DNA from: Candidatus Melainabacteria bacterium 17Bon1m
Lineage (GTDB): Bacteria > Cyanobacteriota > Vampirovibrionia > Obscuribacterales > Obscuribacteraceae
NCBI GenBank assembly: GCA_032128875.1
Contig: JAVLKG010000008.1
Coordinates: 128,001 to 192,000 of the forward strand
Reading direction: 5' to 3'
DNA length: 64,000 bases
Both the position numbers and the translations under genes were made by a program. The notes below the pieces were generated by a model that was given only the letters and a program-made list of their open reading frames with translations, made no database searches and was not told where the DNA came from. Below are positions 56,663-64,000 of this stretch, in pieces. Numbering within the stretch: position 1 is the first letter of the stretch; each line of letters begins with the position of its first letter.

Positions 56663-58651
56663 ATGTCTGAGCAGCAGAAGAAAAAGCAGACCTTAATCGA
56701 TAAGATGATGAAGACCATCCCGACGCCGCCCACGGGACCACCTCCGAGCGGCCCGCCCGAGGATGTGACTACGACTTTCGACGGTAACCTTTCGGAAAAA
56801 CCTATTTCGTACTTGCTTCGTGCAGCTGAGCATTACGAGATAACAGGCAAACTTTTCATCGGCTCGGTGCACTGCAATGTATGCATTCAGTTCGGACTAG
56901 GTCGAGCTGTGCATGCTACATCTCCACTATCTGTGGGCACGGAAGCGATTATGGACCTCTTCATTTGGAAAGACGGTGTCATTCGCTTCGAACCAGGCGG
57001 ACAGCCGGAAACAGTGACAGTGCAAGAAAGTATTGCCGATATTTTGATTCGCGGCGAAGCTTTCATACACAACCACAACTTTCTCGAACGTAACTATATC
57101 AACGAGCTTTCCTTTCTCCTGCGCCCGCCTGAAAGACTGGCAGAAGGTGAGTTGGAAACGCGCTTGCGCAATGCAAGAGTGAGAGATCCAAACCTGCATG
57201 CCGAGTTTTACTCCAATGTGTACGGCACGCGAAACATCAAAGACACTGCCGAAAAAATGGGGCTTGCCCATAGCCAATGGGTTACTATCGCAGCAGATTT
57301 GTTGAAGCTGGGATTGCTGCTGACGCCGGACAATCGCAGTGTCAAAGCAGAAGATCCGCTGCCGCAGATAATGCAACCGCCGATGCAAATAAACCAGGGT
57401 CCACCACAAATCATCTTGCCTGAACTGGCGCCCACCGCGATTTCACTAAATATCCCGCAAACAAATCAATTGCCGCTTGCGGAAATGCCGGATATTTTCA
57501 AACCTGCACATACCCGCGAAATTGCTTTTCCGGTACCCAGCCTGGACGAATGGCATATCGACACGCAACGCCCGCGGCCTCCGGTTGAACAACATCAACA
57601 AATGCCGCCTCAACAACAAAGATCCACAGACTCAGTAAAAGTCGGTGTTCCCGAAGAGATGCTCACGCTCGATCCGATGATGCGCAATGCGATCTGGCTG
57701 CTTCTCAACAAGGCGGAGACGGGCATCCTTAGCTTCGAAGCATTGCAGTTTTTTCTGGAGCGAGAATTTGCAAGAGCATTCAGATTTAAGTCTTCACTCT
57801 CGCTCGCACTCTTCTGTGTCACTGTTAACGCTGATCGCGACGGGAATTTGCCGGCGGAAGTGTGCGCGCTTCTTACTGAAGCGGTATCGAACATCAAGCG
57901 CGAAGTGGACATGTTCGGACACTTTGGAGACAGAGCATTCGGCTTGCTATTGCCAGGTATTGAAAGTCATCAAGCCTGCAGCCTGGCAGGTCGAATCAGT
58001 AGAGACCTTGTCAAATTGAAACCTGATCTAGCGCAGTATGAGCCGTGTCTGCATTTCGGAATCGCATCGGCTCCCCAAGATGCTACAGATATGGACTCGC
58101 TGGCAAAAGCCGCGCAGGTAGCTATGTTTATCGCAGCACTGCATAACGAACTACTTGTCGAAGCCAATCAAGTCAGTAATAAGCAGACGCACGAACAACT
58201 AAGCCAGGGACAAAGCCCGCAGACCATAGGCGAGACGATGCAATTACGACGCCCTACGCCTGTCGAGTTGTCGACGCCTCAACAACAACAACAACAACAA
58301 CAACCTGTTCCACAGTACCCAGGTCAACAACAAGCGCAGCAACAGCAGGTTCAGCACCAGTCAGCTGCGCCGCAGTTTCCAACTCAGCAGCAAGCACCGC
58401 AACATCAGCAGCCTGTGCCACAGTTTCCGATGCCACAGCAACAGCCGCAGTTTCCACCACAACACCCTCCGACACCACAATTCCCGATGCCACAGCAACA
58501 GCATCAACAAGCGCCGCAATTTCCGGACCAGCCACAACAACAACAACAACAACAACAACAACAGAAGCCGCAACCCCAGCAGCCCACTCAAAACCCTCAA
58601 CAGCCTGGCGATCAGCCCCCACCAACGCAGCAGCAAAATTACCAGTGGTAA
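56663..58651 (+). CDS. DUF4388 plus degenerate GGDEF protein with a Gln/Pro-rich tail
   Basis: FDGNL...GRAVHA...LFIWKDGVIRF; LEREFARAFR...FGHFGDRAF; polyQ. Confidence 0.85.
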   Translation: MSEQQKKKQTLIDKMMKTIPTPPTGPPPSGPPEDVTTTFDGNLSEKPISYLLRAAEHYEITGKLFIGSVHCNVCIQFGLGRAVHATSPLSVGTEAIMDLFIWKDGVIRFEPGGQPETVTVQESIADILIRGEAFIHNHNFLERNYINELSFLLRPPERLAEGELETRLRNARVRDPNLHAEFYSNVYGTRNIKDTAEKMGLAHSQWVTIAADLLKLGLLLTPDNRSVKAEDPLPQIMQPPMQINQGPPQIILPELAPTAISLNIPQTNQLPLAEMPDIFKPAHTREIAFPVPSLDEWHIDTQRPRPPVEQHQQMPPQQQRSTDSVKVGVPEEMLTLDPMMRNAIWLLLNKAETGILSFEALQFFLEREFARAFRFKSSLSLALFCVTVNADRDGNLPAEVCALLTEAVSNIKREVDMFGHFGDRAFGLLLPGIESHQACSLAGRISRDLVKLKPDLAQYEPCLHFGIASAPQDATDMDSLAKAAQVAMFIAALHNELLVEANQVSNKQTHEQLSQGQSPQTIGETMQLRRPTPVELSTPQQQQQQQQPVPQYPGQQQAQQQQVQHQSAAPQFPTQQQAPQHQQPVPQFPMPQQQPQFPPQHPPTPQFPMPQQQHQQAPQFPDQPQQQQQQQQQQKPQPQQPTQNPQQPGDQPPPTQQQNYQW

Positions 58652-58713
58652 TCACTGGCGGGTCGCCAACAGATGTATAATCTGCCCTCATCTCTTTGCC
58701 GGAGGGGGGCACG

Positions 58714-59658
58714 ATGAAAGCAGATCAAGTTATTGTGGTCGGCAGCCTTAGTCAAGACATCGTTGTTAGCACGCCACGTTTGCCGGTGAAGGGCGAGACG
58801 ATAAGAGGCTCTGACTTCGGGATGTTCGCTGGCGGCAAAGGCAACAATCAAGCGATGGCAGCTGGGCGTGCCGGTGCCAAAGTAACGATGGTCGGAAGAG
58901 TCGGCGCCGACAGCTTCGGCGACATGCTAATAGCGACGCTGAAGAAAAACAATGTCGATGCATCGCACATGATCCAAGACAAGGAAGCCGGGACAGGCAT
59001 TGCGATGATCACTGTCGACGGCGATGGAGACAATAGTATTGTCATCGCTCAACGCGCCAATCTCAACCTCTGCGACAAAGATATTGAGAAAGCGGAAACT
59101 GTCGTTTCACAGTGCAAAATTCTTCTGATGCAATTAGAAGTACCAACAGAGGCGGATACTTTTGCTGCCAAACTTGCGCGCAAGCATGGAACGTTTGTCG
59201 CGCTAAATCCAGCACCTGCCCCGGTAGATGGCAAATTGCCCAAAGAACTCTTGGAAAACGTAGACGTTATTATTCCCAATCAGACCGAAGCGGAATTGAT
59301 GACGGGAATCAAAGTAATTGACGAGAAAAGCGCTCTGGCAGCAGCGGAAGAGCTTAAAAAACTGGGACCGAAGAACGTCATCATTACGCTCGGAGAACTC
59401 GGCGCACTGCTAGCCGAAGATGGCAGAGCACCAGAAGTGATACCAAGCTACAGAGTTAACGCCATTGACACCACCGCTGCGGGAGACGCCTTTTGTGGCG
59501 CCCTGGCCGCTGCATACGCCAGTGGAGAAACGCTTGCAAATGCCGTTAAATTCGGCTGTGCCGCAGGCGCGCTCGCAACCACAAAGATGGGCGCGGAGCC
59601 ATCACTTCCGACTAAAGAAGAAATTGAGAAGCTCGTTTTGTCTACAACAACGAAATAG
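58714..59658 (+). CDS. rbsK: Ribokinase
   Basis: GGKGNNQA, LNPAPA, PNQTEA and DTTAAGDAFCG. Confidence 0.95.
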   Translation: MKADQVIVVGSLSQDIVVSTPRLPVKGETIRGSDFGMFAGGKGNNQAMAAGRAGAKVTMVGRVGADSFGDMLIATLKKNNVDASHMIQDKEAGTGIAMITVDGDGDNSIVIAQRANLNLCDKDIEKAETVVSQCKILLMQLEVPTEADTFAAKLARKHGTFVALNPAPAPVDGKLPKELLENVDVIIPNQTEAELMTGIKVIDEKSALAAAEELKKLGPKNVIITLGELGALLAEDGRAPEVIPSYRVNAIDTTAAGDAFCGALAAAYASGETLANAVKFGCAAGALATTKMGAEPSLPTKEEIEKLVLSTTTK

Positions 59659-59719
59659 CAAAAGTTCTTACAACAAAGCAGCAGAACTTCTGAAAACGAA
59701 GCAGTCGAAGTTTCGAAAG

Positions 59720-61549
59720 CTAGCTAGACGTTTCCGCGCGCCGCGCGGTTCTTTCTACGGGAATGCGAAACCAGAAAGTGCTGCCGTTGCCGTTATTACT
59801 GTCTACGCCAATAGTTCCGCCGTGTTCTTTTACAATCGCGGCGCATATAGCCAAGCCTAATCCACTGCCAGTCTTCTTGTCGCTGTCACGTTTGGATTGC
59901 CTAAATCTGTCAAACACAAGCGCTCTTTCCTCTTCTAAAATTCCGGGACCATTGTCTGATATCTTCACGGTTACCCAACCATCGTCCTTCTCATAAGTGA
60001 CTACGACTTGTCCTTTTTCCGATGAAAACTTGATAGCGTTCGAGAGAATATTGCTGAACACTTGGGTCAGGCGCTCGTGATCAGCACTGACCACCACGTC
60101 TTTCTCTGGCAGAACAATTTCGACCAGCTTCTTATCGGCGAGCGCAAGCAGTGAATCGGCAGCAATTTCCATCGTTCTCAAAATCGACTTTTCTTGAAAG
60201 CGCATATCCCAAGCGCCTGATTCGAGTTTTTCAACATCCAATAAATCATTGATGAGCGCTATCAAACGAGCAACACTGCCTTCTATCGTTGAGATGATTT
60301 TCAACGCCGGCGCAGGAAGATCCCCATGCATTCCGTGAGCTAAAGTGCCTAATCGCATATTGATAGAAGTAAGCGGGCTGCGCAAATCATGACTGACGAT
60401 AGCGACGAATTCTTGCTTCATCCGCTCCAGCTGCTTGCGTTGCGAGATATCGTGCGCAACACAAACAAGCGCCTTCTCTTGTTCTACATAACGAACAGAC
60501 CAGCGAGTATCTACAATACTTCCGTTTTTGCGAACGATGCGATTTTCAAAGGAATCGAGCGGTTCATCCGAATCTCGCTGAGCGTCTTCAAAAGCTGCTG
60601 TCGTGCGTTCTACATCTTCGTCGAGAACAATTGCGGCGATCCTCTTGCCCATCAATTCATCAGGTTCGTACCCCCACACAGCAAGTGCTGCCGTGCTCAC
60701 TTCGGAAAAGGCAAGCGCATTGTTTAGCGAACAAATCACATCGGCAGCATAATCTACAATGGCGCGTTGCTTGCGTAGAGTAGTTTCTAACTCGAGCGAC
60801 ATACGGCGAAATTCTTGGTCGAGAACTTCCAATTCACTCTGTCCCTGCAGAGGAGGGTTGAGTTCTCGCCCTGCGGACAACCGTTGCGCGTTGTCTATCA
60901 AAACATCAAAACGTCGCGAGATACGAAGACTGAGAGCCAGAGCGCTTCCGCTTATCAAAGCGCAGGTAGCCAGAACAATGGCTAATACCAATCTGCCTTG
61001 CTCTTCACGCTCTCTGCTTTTAGATTCGGCGGATTTGTCCAACTGTTCAAGCTGGCTCTGAATCATCCCGTTCAGGATCTCGCCTGCCTTAAAAGCATCT
61101 CTCTTCATTACCGCGCCGTACTTCATGACGACAAACATGTTTCCCTGTTTAAAAGCAGGAAGAAATTTCTGTGCAATCGCGTTTGTGCGCATTGTGAGCA
61201 CTTCAATTTCAGCTACTTTTGCACTGGCAATTTCGTCGCCGCGACAGAATTCTTTGAGTTCGCCAATCAACTTAGCGGCGGCCCAAACATGTTTGAAATA
61301 TTGATTCAGCAGGTTTTCATCGGTGAAATTCGAAAACACGAATTCATTGCCGACTTGATACGCCCAGAGAAATTCGCTGCGCAGCGCGTTTGCTTTCTTC
61401 AACAGCAAGCGCGAATGCGCTTCTTGTTTAATTTCCTCGCCAGAAGTCTGCAAACTCGAATAAAGCATAAAGCCAATGATTAACTCGAAAACTACCGGAA
61501 TGATTACCAGAAGCAAAAGTTGGTGGGATAGCTTTAGTTTGATTTGCAC
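59720..61549 (-). CDS. Membrane sensor histidine kinase (HAMP-PAS-HisKA-HATPase)
   Basis: SHDLRSPLT, NILSNAIKFS, DNGPGI and GSGLGLAI; two TM. Confidence 0.95.
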   Translation of the reverse strand: MQIKLKLSHQLLLLVIIPVVFELIIGFMLYSSLQTSGEEIKQEAHSRLLLKKANALRSEFLWAYQVGNEFVFSNFTDENLLNQYFKHVWAAAKLIGELKEFCRGDEIASAKVAEIEVLTMRTNAIAQKFLPAFKQGNMFVVMKYGAVMKRDAFKAGEILNGMIQSQLEQLDKSAESKSREREEQGRLVLAIVLATCALISGSALALSLRISRRFDVLIDNAQRLSAGRELNPPLQGQSELEVLDQEFRRMSLELETTLRKQRAIVDYAADVICSLNNALAFSEVSTAALAVWGYEPDELMGKRIAAIVLDEDVERTTAAFEDAQRDSDEPLDSFENRIVRKNGSIVDTRWSVRYVEQEKALVCVAHDISQRKQLERMKQEFVAIVSHDLRSPLTSINMRLGTLAHGMHGDLPAPALKIISTIEGSVARLIALINDLLDVEKLESGAWDMRFQEKSILRTMEIAADSLLALADKKLVEIVLPEKDVVVSADHERLTQVFSNILSNAIKFSSEKGQVVVTYEKDDGWVTVKISDNGPGILEEERALVFDRFRQSKRDSDKKTGSGLGLAICAAIVKEHGGTIGVDSNNGNGSTFWFRIPVERTARRAETSS

Positions 61550-61787
61550 AAAAATTTGAGAATCTGGGAATCAGGGGACTCAGAGGAATCTAGCAGGTCG
61601 CTCTATATAATACTGAGCTTTTCAACGAAAAATGAGTCGCTTCATAGTCCTGACACACTGTTGCCACGGTTCGCGATTACTCTGAGAACACTTACCAGTT
61701 AGTCACGTCCCTCGTTCGATCCATTTCCGCTGCGAAGCGGCGCTTCCAATATTCCCCTTTCAATGGAAGTGCTCAAGGAGGAAATCC

Positions 61788-62669
61788 ATGAGATCCGATT
61801 GCTGCCGCACAGACGGCTCACCCCCTACCCAACCATTGCCCAGCGCCCGCAAGAGCGTCTCCAACTTTGAAAGAGGCTCCATTCCTGGCGCTGTGCCCGG
61901 CTGCATCCCCAGCAAGTTTGCAGCCAGCCAACCCATTTATTTAGATGGACCCGTCACATTGGACGAATTTCTCGCCCAGAGCAACGGACAAAATTCAAAC
62001 CAGAAAATACATCACAACACAACAGCGGACAACGACTTGAACATGTCACCGCCAAGCGCAAAAGAAGAGAGTCTTCTCTGGCCGGTCACTTCAAGGTTTT
62101 CCTTCGTTGCCGCTTTTTCTCTTGCATTGTTAGTTGCACTCACTGTTTGCTCTCAAGCCCGCGCAGCTGAGAGTGTTGAAGATAGTATGAATAATTCGAG
62201 CACGATAGATTCAGGCAACGTAAAAATCGCCGCCAGAACAGAATCTTCAGAACAGATAAGCAGTCGTGAAATCAGCTTTGTCTGCGGCAGACCAAACACT
62301 CTGCAAGCGCTGGCGCCGATGGATCTGCCCGATGGAAAAGCAGTGAGATTCCTGCCGCAAGGCGCTTCTCCAATTGCAGAAATGAAATTTATGCCTGCTG
62401 CAAGACCTGAACCGAGCAAGAACATTCCTGCCAGACAGAGCGTTTTCAACAAACAGGACGCGTCAGGCAAAGACTCTAATCGGATATCAGACCGCATCTA
62501 CCAGCGACTGTTAAAACTCTCACTTGCAGATCCCTCTGTTTATCAGGCAGAAGGCTCTTCATTGATTACATACTTTTCGATTTTGACAGGGGGTCAGGAT
62601 CAAAAACGCGTGGATGCTCTGCAAAAAATTTTGGAGAAAACATTGAACAGCAGCGTAAACAGCAGGTAG
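61788..62669 (+). CDS. Hypothetical protein (start uncertain, possibly 62043)
   Basis: Long ORF with AAGGAGG before 61788 and an internal signal-like hydrophobic stretch. Confidence 0.55.
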   Translation: MRSDCCRTDGSPPTQPLPSARKSVSNFERGSIPGAVPGCIPSKFAASQPIYLDGPVTLDEFLAQSNGQNSNQKIHHNTTADNDLNMSPPSAKEESLLWPVTSRFSFVAAFSLALLVALTVCSQARAAESVEDSMNNSSTIDSGNVKIAARTESSEQISSREISFVCGRPNTLQALAPMDLPDGKAVRFLPQGASPIAEMKFMPAARPEPSKNIPARQSVFNKQDASGKDSNRISDRIYQRLLKLSLADPSVYQAEGSSLITYFSILTGGQDQKRVDALQKILEKTLNSSVNSR

Positions 62670-63497
62670 TTATGGCAAGACCAAGTTGGTCAAATCGCTA
62701 GCCGTATCGGACAAGTTCATAACGTCTGAATCCGCCTTCATCGTCTTGTATTGCTTCGGCACTGCGAAAAATTCCAGGGGCTTTTTCTCGCGCACTATTT
62801 TGCTTGTTTGCAAGCGATAACAGGTGTTTTCAATGCGGTCTTTAAAATCTCTCTGGTGGGTTTGAAACCACAATTCACCGCCCGCTTGAGAATAATTGAG
62901 CCGAAGTTCGATCGGGATGGAACCGGTGATCGGAATCGCATAAAGAGTTTCAATTACAGAAATCGTTTTGTTGAAATTCTCCGCCGCCTTTACCACTTTC
63001 ATTTCAGCGCAATTGATTTCAGTCGGCTTGCCTGCTTTACGACCACGCGCATAGATTTCCACTATCGAAGCCGGTTGACCTTTATATTGGATGCTTTTCC
63101 TTTCTTTGGGATACCAGGTGCGAATCGGAATCAGACCACCGGAGGTGACGATAAAACCACGCTTGTAGAACATTTCGAAGCTCTGCCCGAAGATCGCCTT
63201 GTGGGCTGGATTGTAGATGTAGACCTGGTTTGTGTCTTGCCTGTATAGAACGACAATGTCGCCATTTCCATAGTTGAGCCGCATCGCTTTTGGTGTTACG
63301 TAGATTTCGACCGAGCCGAGAGCGCGATGCAGTTGGCTAAGATGCCAGACCTCTTCTTCCTGGGATTTGGCAGAGGCGGGGTGGGCAAAAATAGCCAAAA
63401 GGAAACAGATGAAAGCCGAAATAGCCGAGCCTGACCACGTCCTCAAGGAAGAGCGCGCAGACAGGTTCTTGTTATACGAATGAAACAATCTTTGCAT
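62670..63497 (-). CDS. Secreted hypothetical protein, possibly DUF4412-like
   Basis: Signal peptide ending ASA; beta-rich; C-terminal FAVPKQYK. Confidence 0.75.
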   Translation of the reverse strand: MQRLFHSYNKNLSARSSLRTWSGSAISAFICFLLAIFAHPASAKSQEEEVWHLSQLHRALGSVEIYVTPKAMRLNYGNGDIVVLYRQDTNQVYIYNPAHKAIFGQSFEMFYKRGFIVTSGGLIPIRTWYPKERKSIQYKGQPASIVEIYARGRKAGKPTEINCAEMKVVKAAENFNKTISVIETLYAIPITGSIPIELRLNYSQAGGELWFQTHQRDFKDRIENTCYRLQTSKIVREKKPLEFFAVPKQYKTMKADSDVMNLSDTASDLTNLVLP

Positions 63498-63616
63498 ACG
63501 ATAATGCTACCCCGGAACACGCGAAGCCCTAAATCCATTCTCCAGGTTCACGCTAAATTCGCGCCGGGTAGCTTAAGTTTCTAAAGTCCCCCTCCCGGAC
63601 AAGGACTTCCTAAAAA

Positions 63617-64000
63617 ATGACCGACCCCGCTTCTAACGTAATGTACGTAATTTGTTCGTATTCGCCTGTCCCTCCCCAGTGCGCCGCGATAGCCGTAGAC
63701 CTCGACTGGTGCCTCGAATTGGCCGCGTCGGTCGATCAGTCACCGGAGTCGCCGGTTGCGCACGATGTTACCCGTACAAAATACATTTTTGAGACTCTTG
63801 CTGTCCATCCAACCAGAAAGTTTGCCGCTGCACCGGCAGATCTGCAGGAGAGAAGAAGCCTCAACAGTCCCTATTTTAGATTGCTCAAAGCGCGCATGAG
63901 AAGACTGCAGCATGCGCCCGCAAAGTCTCCTGTATCCAGCCTCAAGCTCGCTCTAAAACCCTCCTGCCGTGCGTATTTGAACATGGCTGAAGAGAAAGCA
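63617..64000 (+). CDS. 3'-truncated hypothetical ORF
   Basis: Manually read open frame MTDPASNV...NMAEEKA running to the window edge; AAGGA upstream. Confidence 0.5.
   Translation, partial: MTDPASNVMYVICSYSPVPPQCAAIAVDLDWCLELAASVDQSPESPVAHDVTRTKYIFETLAVHPTRKFAAAPADLQERRSLNSPYFRLLKARMRRLQHAPAKSPVSSLKLALKPSCRAYLNMAEEKA

Overview
Bacterial chromosomal window. The gene repertoire (KLC-type TPR proteins, LRR protein, DUF4388 plus degenerate GGDEF, many PAS/REC proteins, a 'DQG-x3-TC' effector-like protein) suggests Candidatus Obscuribacterales/Melainabacteria; this is an inference. No rRNA, tRNA, CRISPR array, integrase, transposase or phage structural gene was recognised. The window is a mosaic. 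Ordinary host genes (thrB, iscS, rbsK, an EamA/Lrp pair, a MocR regulator, an ABC transporter, a histidine kinase, an AAC(6')-I-like GNAT) alternate with about 11 short co-oriented islets of C/G-ending-codon genes. The islets carry ORFans plus an Rnl1-type RNA ligase, an EEP phosphoesterase, two HAD/FCP1-like phosphatases, two catalytically dead MoxR-like ATPases, an SH3-like protein, an intradiol dioxygenase and NupC. Each islet whose 5' end lies in the window starts with a 150-330 nt pyrimidine-rich then hairpin-rich leader, and the leaders share short motifs. Islet genes are separated by long G-U-containing or UNCG-capped hairpins. The best candidates for new biology are this leader/islet architecture, the Rnl1+EEP operon, the hairpin-bracketed pseudo-MoxR pair and a pseudoknotted orphan RNA near 48.7 kb. 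All calls come from motif reading by eye; no searches or folding programs were run.
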